Shown here: piece by piece, positions 1-7,929 of the stretch
How the letters are laid out: each line of letters begins with the position of its first letter
Numbering within the stretch: position 1 is the first letter of the stretch
IMG/VR virus record: IMGVR_UViG_3300037493_002973
Reading direction: 5' to 3' (one strand)
DNA length: 64,000 bases
DNA from: an uncultured virus (IMG/VR IMGVR_UViG_3300037493_002973)
Taxonomy: Duplodnaviria; Heunggongvirae; Uroviricota; Caudoviricetes
Position numbers and translations under genes: made by a program
The notes under the pieces: model-generated
Databases searched by the model: none
What the model was told of the DNA's origin: nothing
What the model saw: the letters and a program-made list of their open reading frames with translations, nothing else

Positions 1-109
1 CTGGGAAGAGTTTAGGGTCTAGTAACTTCCAGGTTTCTTCTTCTCCAATTCTAGAGATGATTTTAGGGTCTGCAAGTTCTGCTATTGCAAAGTACTTAGG
101 TTTACTCAT
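1..109 (-). CDS. Endolysin, probable peptidase M15 family (N-terminal part; runs off the window edge)
   Basis: Hand-translated MSKPKYFAIAELADPKIISRIGEEETWKLLDPKLFP resembles the N-terminus of phage M15 peptidases. ATGA overlap with the upstream gene; follows holin-like genes. Catalytic residues lie outside the window. Confidence 0.55.
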   Translation of the reverse strand, partial: MSKPKYFAIAELADPKIISRIGEEETWKLLDPKLFP

Positions 110-219
110 CGCCCTTGTCCTCTGTACGATTTGAATCCTTTGCCTCGGTACTTTCTGTGCCTTCGGAGTTTTCTTTTAACTCTTACTTGGTGGTTTCCAC
201 CTGTTACTTGCTTTTTCAT
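106..219 (-). CDS. Small basic peptide with C-terminal YRGQGR motif (37 aa)
   Basis: Hand-translated MKKQVTGGNHQVRVKRKLRRHRKYRGKGFKSYRGQGR; coupled to both neighbours (TAATG, ATGA). Confidence 0.7.
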   Translation of the reverse strand: MKKQVTGGNHQVRVKRKLRRHRKYRGKGFKSYRGQGR

Positions 220-485
220 TATTTGTAAAGGTATGAAGTAAATACTCCTAGTGTAGCAAGGTCTACTACCATTCTTGCAGTTGTCATCTTAGGAATGTAA
301 AACACAGATGCTTGATATGCTTTTTCTACTTCCTGTCTGTTTGAATTGTACTCAACAAGTTTTTCTTCTTGGTTTTGTTCGGGCCTACTTACCTTTCTTA
401 TTGAGCACAATAGGTCGTCAAGTGCGTCTATGCAGCTTGTATCGTTTATTGCCTTTCGTGTTGCTAACCTCATTTTCCGTGACAT
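219..485 (-). CDS. Hypothetical protein in lysis region
   Basis: 88-aa ORF with short overlaps to both neighbours and a hydrophobic C-terminus. Confidence 0.55.
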   Translation of the reverse strand: MSRKMRLATRKAINDTSCIDALDDLLCSIRKVSRPEQNQEEKLVEYNSNRQEVEKAYQASVFYIPKMTTARMVVDLATLGVFTSYLYK

Positions 486-730
486 TTAAGCTTATCTAAT
501 TGTTCTGAAATTTTTTCAAAAGCTATTTTAGATTCAATCGCTACCTCAACCATCTTAACAGTATTTGCTTCAGATTTTGATAGTATTGATTCTTGAAGTG
601 TTTTGTTTTCTTTCCTAAGAACATTTGCAATGTATATCCCACCAATTGCTACCAATGTCATAATAGCCATAGGAGTCATTAAACTAACCGATGTAGCAGT
701 TTCGATAACTTCTTGGATTTGTAGGAGCAT
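470..730 (-). CDS. Holin-like membrane protein
   Basis: One hydrophobic segment (MAIMTLVAIGGIYIANVL) followed by a charged coiled coil; upstream of the endolysin. Confidence 0.5.
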   Translation of the reverse strand: MLLQIQEVIETATSVSLMTPMAIMTLVAIGGIYIANVLRKENKTLQESILSKSEANTVKMVEVAIESKIAFEKISEQLDKLKCHGK

Positions 731-755
731 AGGTTTGGGGCTTATTTTCTTATTA

Positions 756-763
756 CAAAAATA
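756..763 (-). promoter_or_regulatory. Bacteroidota-type -7 promoter box (TAnnTTTG) for lysis genes
   Basis: CAAAAATA on plus = TATTTTTG on minus, just upstream of the holin-like ORF. Confidence 0.55.
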
Positions 764-947
764 GAGTATAATACTTTAAGGTTGCGGTGGTATTGGTGGG
801 TACAATATATCCCACCACGCAGGAGGGTCTGTATTAAACTCCCACCCATTTACAGGAGATTGTCCTGCATCTGCTGCCGATATACTTGTGCCATCAGGAA
901 ATGTAATTACATATCCTCTTGTCTGTTGCTCTTCGTTATACCACATT

Positions 948-2315
948 TTAGTTTGCTATTGTGTAACCTTTACCTGTTAATACCAATGCAATTGCTACTG
1001 CTGTTGCATCTGCTGCCGTAACTAATACTCCAAAGGGTGTGTTTGTTATTGTAATCGTTTGAAATCCGCTTGCCGTTCCTATGCCACCTAAGGTATAATT
1101 TGTACCTTGTATGTTTACAGTTCCGCCACTTGCAAATAGATTCATACCATAATTACCAATTGAACTATTAGTAAAATTGATTCCTCGTGTTAGGTTAGGC
1201 ATCATTAACACTTGTAATGCTGCACAATAATTTATCATTTGAACTACCGAAGTACAAACTGAACAATCTGTAAAATAAACAGCATTTAAACTTTTTGAAT
1301 AAGTAAAAGCAAAATCATAATTGGTTGCTAATGGCACATTTATTAGACCAATAGATTGTAATACTTGACAACCACTCCAAGCATAACTAATGTTTTGAAC
1401 TACAGGTAAATTAACGCTACCAAAAGAACGAAGTAATATATTATCAGAAATGTAATATGCCATTTGTGTCAAACTATTTCCTGACATATTTCCGTGAGAT
1501 ACAAAATACGAACTTCCAAATACTGATTGCACATTTGTTGAAGTGCCCCAATCTTGGTTACTTAAAGTACACGGTCCTACAGCTACAAAATTTCCATTTA
1601 CCCATGTACCCCCTCTTGTTGCTGGCAACTCTAATACTTCCAAATTTTTTATTTGGGCAATTTTAGTATAACCAGCAGCAACAGCCCACAATCTAACTCT
1701 TTTGGCATACAGTTGTTCACGCTGATATACCCCACCCATTAAAAGTGTAGTAGCATTTGGAAATGATATATTCCAATCTACAGCATAATTAGTTTCAATC
1801 ATTGGAAAAGTAGCAGAAGCTACTGTAAAATCTACGTAAGTAATCGCTGCTCCTAAACGTGTAATACCTATTATTACTTGCTTGTAGTTTTCACCTGTTT
1901 GAGCATCTACAAATACCGTTTGAGCAATACTTGAATAAGTATATGTTTTGGTTCTAATTGCTGCGCTTGCCGCGCTTGTAGTTCCATCACCCCAATCCAC
2001 CGTTCCATTTGGGATTTGTAGGGTAAATCGGTTCAACCTATTTTCATAAACAAAAAGCAGAATATATCCCGCTTCACTTGCAGCCGTTAAAGTTGGCAAT
2101 GTCCTCCAATATGAAGGCCTAACCCACCCACCAGTTGAAGTAAAAGCAAGGGTATCTGTAGCTGCATTGTAAGTACCTCCAGGAGTACCATCTAAAGTAG
2201 CAACCAAGTTGAATGCCCCTGTTAGAGTTTCTTCTTCTGTTCCGTTTATTGAAAAAGGAATTGAAGGAGTACCTCCTCCTCCGCCTGCGTTTCCGAATAT
2301 AAATGGGTTCGCCAT
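948..2315 (-). CDS. Tail fibre / receptor-binding protein with BspA/LRR-like repeats
   Basis: WVRPSYW and VDWGDGT (PKD-like) motifs, then degenerate LRR-like repeats (CQVLQSIGLIN, CAALQVLMMPNL); more AT-rich than neighbours. Confidence 0.65.
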   Translation of the reverse strand: MANPFIFGNAGGGGGTPSIPFSINGTEEETLTGAFNLVATLDGTPGGTYNAATDTLAFTSTGGWVRPSYWRTLPTLTAASEAGYILLFVYENRLNRFTLQIPNGTVDWGDGTTSAASAAIRTKTYTYSSIAQTVFVDAQTGENYKQVIIGITRLGAAITYVDFTVASATFPMIETNYAVDWNISFPNATTLLMGGVYQREQLYAKRVRLWAVAAGYTKIAQIKNLEVLELPATRGGTWVNGNFVAVGPCTLSNQDWGTSTNVQSVFGSSYFVSHGNMSGNSLTQMAYYISDNILLRSFGSVNLPVVQNISYAWSGCQVLQSIGLINVPLATNYDFAFTYSKSLNAVYFTDCSVCTSVVQMINYCAALQVLMMPNLTRGINFTNSSIGNYGMNLFASGGTVNIQGTNYTLGGIGTASGFQTITITNTPFGVLVTAADATAVAIALVLTGKGYTIAN

Positions 2316-2336
2316 AATTATTTTCTTGCTACAAAA

Positions 2337-2675
2337 TTAAGAACCTATGTTTGGTCCTGTAATCTGAATTGAACCTGCTGACAAATCAATTGACGTAAAG
2401 CGATACCCTTCAGGGGCTACCCACAAGTCACCTGCTTTAGTAGCAGCAGCTCCTCCAAGGAAAAATGTTGTTCCAAGGGTTGCTCCTCCTCCTTCACAAA
2501 CAAGAGTAGTGAATGTAGTAGCATCCTCTCTTATTGAGATTGACGTTACATTCAAATCTGTTCTTGCATTTGTATCTCCAATAGTACGACAGCCCCCCCT
2601 TCCTGAAACAGTTTCAAGATAGTCGGCTGTGCGCTGAAGATTAAGTGTTTCGTTTACTGCTAATTTTCCGCTCAT
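2337..2675 (-). CDS. Small beta-rich virion/tail protein
   Basis: G/T/S-rich 112 aa ending FTSIDLSAGSIQI, in the tail gene run. Confidence 0.5.
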   Translation of the reverse strand: MSGKLAVNETLNLQRTADYLETVSGRGGCRTIGDTNARTDLNVTSISIREDATTFTTLVCEGGGATLGTTFFLGGAAATKAGDLWVAPEGYRFTSIDLSAGSIQITGPNIGS

Positions 2676-2689
2676 TACTTGTAATTTTT

Positions 2690-3160
2690 TTAAGGGTCTG
2701 TAGTTAGTGTAAAGGTTCTTGAGATACTAAAATCTCCTCCCGTAGCAGTAATAGTAAATGGATAACTCTGACCTGCGCTAGCTGCCCCATTAAACAAAAG
2801 TTCAACTAAACTATTACATTGAGTATTATCAATTGTTGGGAGAGCTATTGTTACATCATAGATAGCATTGGCAGTTACAGAAATAGTAATATCCCCCCAG
2901 TAAGTACCTCTTTGAGTATCTAAGTAAACTGCATATCCATCAAGAGTATCCCCAATAATAGTATGAGGGATTTCAATAGAATATGGTAAAATCTGGTTAA
3001 TTCCATTAATAGCATTTCCTATCACTGGTTGAATTAAAGCTGAGAATGTAAATGGTACGGATGGCATTCCCTCAATAACAACTCCTTTAAGAGTAAGTGG
3101 GGTTCCCGCGTTGTGAACTAATTCTGAACCTGATTGTGTAAATACTACTGGTTTTGTCAT
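2690..3160 (-). CDS. Putative tail-associated Ig-like protein
   Basis: Beta-strand-rich 156 aa; C-terminal YPFTITAT pattern. Confidence 0.45.
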   Translation of the reverse strand: MTKPVVFTQSGSELVHNAGTPLTLKGVVIEGMPSVPFTFSALIQPVIGNAINGINQILPYSIEIPHTIIGDTLDGYAVYLDTQRGTYWGDITISVTANAIYDVTIALPTIDNTQCNSLVELLFNGAASAGQSYPFTITATGGDFSISRTFTLTTDP

Positions 3161-3172
3161 TTTATTTCTGTG

Positions 3173-3298
3173 TTAGCATCCGCACTCTGCTTCGCAAAGT
3201 TCGTCTATTTTTTTGATTATTGAAAGGACTTGCGCATCGGTTAAACACAATGGAGTTCCAACGCAATCTTCTTCTTCGGTAGATGTTGATGTAGCCAT
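3173..3298 (-). CDS. Small Cys-rich protein (41 aa)
   Basis: Hand-translated MATSTSTEEEDCVGTPLCLTDAQVLSIIKKIDELCEAECGC; fills the gap between two tail genes. Confidence 0.65.
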   Translation of the reverse strand: MATSTSTEEEDCVGTPLCLTDAQVLSIIKKIDELCEAECGC

Positions 3299-3301
3299 TT
3301 A

Positions 3302-3847
3302 TTATATTGGCGTTGGGATTAGTATGTAGGTAATTATAACGGTAATATCTGAATTACCAGCTGTTGGGTTGCCAGCATTGACGGAAACTACAACATCAGT
3401 TGCGGACACTTGTTGTCCCGAACTTTCAAAGTCCATATTAAAAAAAACGTTTGAGTTAAAACCTAAAACATTATCCGAAAAAATAGCTTTTACACTTGGA
3501 AATCCTATTTCAAGAGTGACGTTGGTGGCGTAAGGTGTTCCCCCGTAAGTCGCTTTCATTTGCGCACTCAATAATTGTGCATAATATCCAACTGGAACAG
3601 TAATTCCAAAGGGTACTGGCGTTGTGTTTAAGGTCAATACTTGTGCCGTTGTCAACTTTACTGTTTTGCTCTTAACGAACAAATACGCATTCAATTCATT
3701 AGCCTTACTTACCGCATCAATAAGAGTAGCTTGATTAGTTTTTCCTGGCGTAAAAAGCAATACGTTTTCATCTCCCGTTATTTCTGCTTGGGTTAATTTA
3801 GGTTGGGCTGATAATGGCTCCGTGCATGTATTATTTGTATTTGCCAT
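3302..3847 (-). CDS. Putative short tail-fibre / head-fibre protein
   Basis: LTTAQVLTLNTTPV...GNPTAGNSDITVIITY beta-sandwich-like C-terminus typical of phage fibre tips. Confidence 0.55.
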   Translation of the reverse strand: MANTNNTCTEPLSAQPKLTQAEITGDENVLLFTPGKTNQATLIDAVSKANELNAYLFVKSKTVKLTTAQVLTLNTTPVPFGITVPVGYYAQLLSAQMKATYGGTPYATNVTLEIGFPSVKAIFSDNVLGFNSNVFFNMDFESSGQQVSATDVVVSVNAGNPTAGNSDITVIITYILIPTPI

Positions 3848-3851
3848 AATG

Positions 3852-4142
3852 TTATGTTATTTTAATTTTTTTACCGTCATGTGTAAGTAGACTGAATATT
3901 CTACCATCGTTAATGCCAACTAAATCACTTCCTCCTTCGCATCCAAAGCAAGGGGGCGCAGTAGGTTTCCACCTTGCAAGAGTACATATAAGAGAATCAA
4001 GCATAAGTGCCTTTTCCCGAGCGCATTGCGCGTTAACCATATCACCTTCCTCCATATATCCCCACATGTTTTCCACATGGATAGCCAAACAGCATCCTGC
4101 TTTTAATCTCTTTGCGGCTATATTACAGGAGGTTAATAACAT
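3852..4142 (-). CDS. Cys-rich tail-associated protein
   Basis: 96 aa with CC and CxxC motifs, in the tail operon. Confidence 0.55.
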   Translation of the reverse strand: MLLTSCNIAAKRLKAGCCLAIHVENMWGYMEEGDMVNAQCAREKALMLDSLICTLARWKPTAPPCFGCEGGSDLVGINDGRIFSLLTHDGKKIKIT

Positions 4143-4146
4143 GAGT

Positions 4147-4374
4147 TTATAGATATGCTTTGATTTGTTTTACAAGGTCGTTTACCGCTTTATTTGTTGG
4201 AATAGAAATATCTGCGGGATTTTGATTAAAGATAATTCCTAAAACAGAATCTTTAATGATAATATTTCCGTTAGAAGCATAACAAGATAATGTTGCCTTT
4301 GGATAGTAAACGCTATTTCCAGCATTATCTGAAATAAAAAGATTTGTGCTAATACTTTCTATCGTCCAATTCAT
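4147..4374 (-). CDS. Hypothetical protein (tail region)
   Basis: 75-aa ORF tightly packed in the operon. Confidence 0.55.
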   Translation of the reverse strand: MNWTIESISTNLFISDNAGNSVYYPKATLSCYASNGNIIIKDSVLGIIFNQNPADISIPTNKAVNDLVKQIKAYL

Positions 4375-4377
4375 ATT

Positions 4378-5547
4378 CTACGATTTTACAATCTTTAAGG
4401 AGATATTAGCAATTCCACTTGTTTTAGTTGTTTTGCTTAATTCCATTGTTATGCTTTGCCCTGCTGTAAATACGTTGTTTGCAGTAACTGTATTTGTTAT
4501 TTGGTTTCCCAAAACAAGCGCTGTTGTAAAATCCATTTGAGAACCTGTCATAACTGTTCCCGCATTATTTTTAAATATGATTGTTCCAGGGTCGTTTAAA
4601 AAAGGGTGCATTACAGTTCCCGACACTAATGGTATAGAGCAATCTTCGTTAATGATAAATTTTACAACACCTACTTGAGCTGCATCATCAAAAGCTATTA
4701 GAATATCCCTCGTATAGGTATTAGCATTTGCAGACATCTTAGTAGGCGTAACTGCGGCTGCTCCCAATTCAGTAGTTGTAACGGCACCTGCGGCAATCTT
4801 TGCTGTTGTAACTGCTAATGCTCCAAGCTCTGCTGTAGTAACGGCTCCTGTATTGATTTTAGCGGTTGTAACTGCTAATGCGCCTAACTCTGTTGCTGTA
4901 ACTGCTCCTGCGGCAATCTTTGCTGTTGTAACGGCTAAATCATCTAATTCTGTTGTTGTAACAGCCTTTGTGTTAATCTTTGCAGTAGTAACAGCTAATG
5001 CTCCTAATTGAGTTGCTGTAACAGCTCCGTTTGCAATTTTAGCAGTAGTGACTCCAAGGTTTGCAAGTTTTGCCGTTGTAACTCCAAGGTCGTCAATCTT
5101 AGCGGTTGTTACAGATAGGTCAATCAATTTAGAGGTTGCTATCGTAATGTCCTGTAATCGGTCTGCGTTTAAAGAGCTTGCAACAAATAAACTTGGGGAA
5201 AAGAAATCTACTACCCAAGCAGCTCCGTAATAAGACAACTTGATAATGAAGTTCTTCCCAACGTATTCTGTAGGAATTACCTTGCCAAGAATAGATACTG
5301 CAAACCCTGCGGGGGCACATACTGCTTGCCAATCGAAGATAATAGTAGTGCCCACTACAGGTGAGGACATCGTAATACTGAAATTACTTCCAAGAGTTTG
5401 AGTTCCTGTTATACGATATTCAGTACAATGCTGCTCAATTAACACTCCAATATCAGGTAATGGTAAATTTATTACCCCGTTATTTATAGCGGATGCGCCT
5501 CCTGTTGTTAAAGGAATGTCGATTATCAATTTTGCTTTAAGACTCAT
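4378..5547 (-). CDS. Tail fibre with 10-aa AVTTAKIxxG-type repeats
   Basis: 14 tandem decapeptide repeats between N- and C-terminal globular regions. Confidence 0.75.
   Translation of the reverse strand: MSLKAKLIIDIPLTTGGASAINNGVINLPLPDIGVLIEQHCTEYRITGTQTLGSNFSITMSSPVVGTTIIFDWQAVCAPAGFAVSILGKVIPTEYVGKNFIIKLSYYGAAWVVDFFSPSLFVASSLNADRLQDITIATSKLIDLSVTTAKIDDLGVTTAKLANLGVTTAKIANGAVTATQLGALAVTTAKINTKAVTTTELDDLAVTTAKIAAGAVTATELGALAVTTAKINTGAVTTAELGALAVTTAKIAAGAVTTTELGAAAVTPTKMSANANTYTRDILIAFDDAAQVGVVKFIINEDCSIPLVSGTVMHPFLNDPGTIIFKNNAGTVMTGSQMDFTTALVLGNQITNTVTANNVFTAGQSITMELSKTTKTSGIANISLKIVKS
4726..5145 (-). repeat. 14 x 30-bp coding tandem repeat
   Basis: Units alternate AVTTAKI(AAG/NTG/NTK) and AVT(A/T)(T/A)EL(GAL/DDL). 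Confidence 0.9.
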
Positions 5548-5553
5548 TTTTAA

Positions 5554-6501
5554 TTACCTTTTAATTAGTTCAATTTTTAGCATTGGAAGATAAATATTCG
5601 GGGTTGCCGTTGGAGAACCAACTGCGGTTCGTCTTGCAAAAACTTGAAAAGGAATTATAGCGGTTGTTGCGCCAACCCCTGTCGTGTAACCCGAAGAGAA
5701 AGCATTTCCTACGTGCATGGGCGGTATAGGAAGCATAAGAGTTCCCTGAACCGCGTATCCATCCGTAGGAGTATATAGACCTAATCCAACTTGGAAATGA
5801 CTAATATCACTTATAAATACAGGGGTAGCTCCTACGGAAAGTGCGATAATATTTACTTCTGCCGAAACTCCATTGAGATTTACCCATGAAGTAGACCTTA
5901 AAAGCGGGTTAGTAGCTGGTAAAACAAGGTCTATCCCCCCAATGGTAATCTTAACATCATAGATCCAATAATCAGGTTGGATTGGATGAGGAGAATCTCC
6001 AACAATAATAAGAGAAACCCTAATCATATCTCCTGCTGTCAAAAATGTGTTTGCTGGTAAATTTACAGCAGGACCTATTGCTGTGAATAATGTTGAATTT
6101 ACAGGAGTTGTGGGATAACTAATGTGCAAGAGAGTGGTGCCATCAACACCATCAACACCAGGGGCTCCTGCGGGAGAAACTCCTTTACCCAAAGCAATAA
6201 GAGCACTTGGGGCTGCATTACCTGTAGTTCCTAAATTGGTTGCGGTTATTGTAGTGTGAGTAGATGAAACTACTTCGTAATACCCTGCACCTTCAATAAA
6301 TATCGTTTGTCCTGCTACAGCCCAAGTACCTGTCGCTTGTCCAAGCGCGGAAACATTTATAGTTCTATCTGCTCCAATTGCAGGAACATTAAATGCGCCT
6401 GTAGTTACCGTAAAGGAGTTCTTTCCGTCTATTCCTGCGGGTCCATCGGGAAGTTCTACACCTCCGCAATCGTTACACCCACCACATCCTGTTGCGCACA
6501 T
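5554..6501 (-). CDS. Tail fibre protein with Cys-rich N-terminus and short collagen-like GxY motifs
   Basis: Starts MCATGCGGCNDCGG; GPAGIDG and GAPGVDGVDG motifs. Confidence 0.65.
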   Translation of the reverse strand: MCATGCGGCNDCGGVELPDGPAGIDGKNSFTVTTGAFNVPAIGADRTINVSALGQATGTWAVAGQTIFIEGAGYYEVVSSTHTTITATNLGTTGNAAPSALIALGKGVSPAGAPGVDGVDGTTLLHISYPTTPVNSTLFTAIGPAVNLPANTFLTAGDMIRVSLIIVGDSPHPIQPDYWIYDVKITIGGIDLVLPATNPLLRSTSWVNLNGVSAEVNIIALSVGATPVFISDISHFQVGLGLYTPTDGYAVQGTLMLPIPPMHVGNAFSSGYTTGVGATTAIIPFQVFARRTAVGSPTATPNIYLPMLKIELIKR

Positions 6502-6502
6502 A

Positions 6503-7786
6503 TTAGCAGTTTTTACAGTTATTATTACAAAGGTCTTGAAGTTTTGTCAATAAGGACTTCGCCCTTTCTACCTTCCCACAACTCCATGCAGCATTTATAG
6601 CAGCAAGAGTAAGATGGGCATTTATAGATTTCTTGTTGCCTCCCTTAGAGCAAGCGCATCCTACATCGGAATCCGCTATAAGTTTGTCCGTGCAACATTG
6701 TACTGAACACAATGCAAGGGTTTGTTTGGCACATCTTCCTTGGAATACAATATTACTTCCCCCTGTACATACATTTGACTGTGCCGAAACGGACGTTATT
6801 CTGCATGTATGGGTTAATCCAGCGCCTATACCTGAAACCCAAACACATAGGTCGGTAGATGTGGTTGGGGTATAATACGCTATGACTACTCCAGTTTGAT
6901 TGGCTAGGGCAAGTTGATAAGTTACCCCTGAACCAAACTCAAGAATACCAATGGTGCAATTAGCGTTTGTGGTAATATCTATGGTGATTAAATACTGAAC
7001 CCCTATGGTAAGCGCAGAGGATTGAAAAGCTAATATCGAACCGGAAGCTCCTGGGGCCGTAAAGTCATCATACCGTAGTAAGCCGCCAGAAATTGTTCCG
7101 ACACCGTTTCCGTAATTGTTTATCGCCCAAGAAGCGCCAGATGAAAACGTAGGATTAACGAGGACTTCAGTTAACGCGCATGTCTGGCCTGATAAATAAT
7201 CCCCTGCAACAGTCCAATCGAATAACCATACCCCATCGGAGATTGCTTGCCCATCTCCCGTTCCAAGAATGTTTGCAGGGTCTATTACAAGTGAATACCC
7301 GTTAAGACTTGGCAAAACTGCCGTTCCTACGTTTTTACCCGAAGCAATTACCGTTGTAGGAGCTGCATTTCCTGCACTTCCTAAATTGGTTGCTACAATA
7401 GAAGATGCTGTTACAGTTACTGCTCTGTAATATCCCGCGCCCGCAACATAGAACGCTTGTCCCGTTGTTAGCCATGCGGTGTAATACGGAGATGAACTTG
7501 AAACGGAAATCGTTACATTAGAACCTACTGCGGGAACCGTAAAAGATGCCGTTGTAATTGTAAGGTTAAGTAACGAGTAAGGGCCGTAAACCGTTCCTGA
7601 CGGGGCTGTAATAGTAAGCCCTGACGAAAGTACTTGGTCGAGTTCGATATTATCTCCCGAACCGTCTGCTGCCCATCCATAAGGATTAAGCGTTGCATCC
7701 CAAGGACCCGTAACGTCATACAACGAGAATAACCCCGTATGGCAATCTATGCAAACCTTTAGCTTTGGTTTTACGAGAAATGACAT
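6503..7786 (-). CDS. Tail structural (hub/adaptor-like) protein with Cys-rich C-terminus
   Basis: LYDVTGPWDATLNPYGW N-terminus, internal CBM-like domain, ends LQDLCNNNCKNC. Confidence 0.6.
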   Translation of the reverse strand: MSFLVKPKLKVCIDCHTGLFSLYDVTGPWDATLNPYGWAADGSGDNIELDQVLSSGLTITAPSGTVYGPYSLLNLTITTASFTVPAVGSNVTISVSSSSPYYTAWLTTGQAFYVAGAGYYRAVTVTASSIVATNLGSAGNAAPTTVIASGKNVGTAVLPSLNGYSLVIDPANILGTGDGQAISDGVWLFDWTVAGDYLSGQTCALTEVLVNPTFSSGASWAINNYGNGVGTISGGLLRYDDFTAPGASGSILAFQSSALTIGVQYLITIDITTNANCTIGILEFGSGVTYQLALANQTGVVIAYYTPTTSTDLCVWVSGIGAGLTHTCRITSVSAQSNVCTGGSNIVFQGRCAKQTLALCSVQCCTDKLIADSDVGCACSKGGNKKSINAHLTLAAINAAWSCGKVERAKSLLTKLQDLCNNNCKNC

Positions 7787-7894
7787 TTAGTATTTCTTTT
7801 TACCTGATTTCTTTTCGGATTTCTCCATTTTCTTACTTTCCATCTTTTCGTGCATTTTCCCACTTTTATGTGAGCAAGATTTTTTGGCAGCCAT
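7787..7894 (-). CDS. Small Lys/Glu-rich peptide (35 aa)
   Basis: Hand-translated MAAKKSCSHKSGKMHEKMESKKMEKSEKKSGKKKY; its stop abuts the next ATG and a promoter box lies just upstream. Confidence 0.65.
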   Translation of the reverse strand: MAAKKSCSHKSGKMHEKMESKKMEKSEKKSGKKKY

Positions 7895-7918
7895 TTTGTG
7901 TGTGTTAAGAATGAAGCC

Positions 7919-7926
7919 CAAAGATA
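7919..7926 (-). promoter_or_regulatory. Bacteroidota-type -7 promoter box for the tail-fibre operon
   Basis: CAAAGATA on plus = TATCTTTG. Confidence 0.65.
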
Positions 7927-7929
7927 TAT

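Noticed and set aside
948..2315. Diversity-generating retroelement target
   Set aside because: No reverse transcriptase and no template/variable repeat pair seen in the window.
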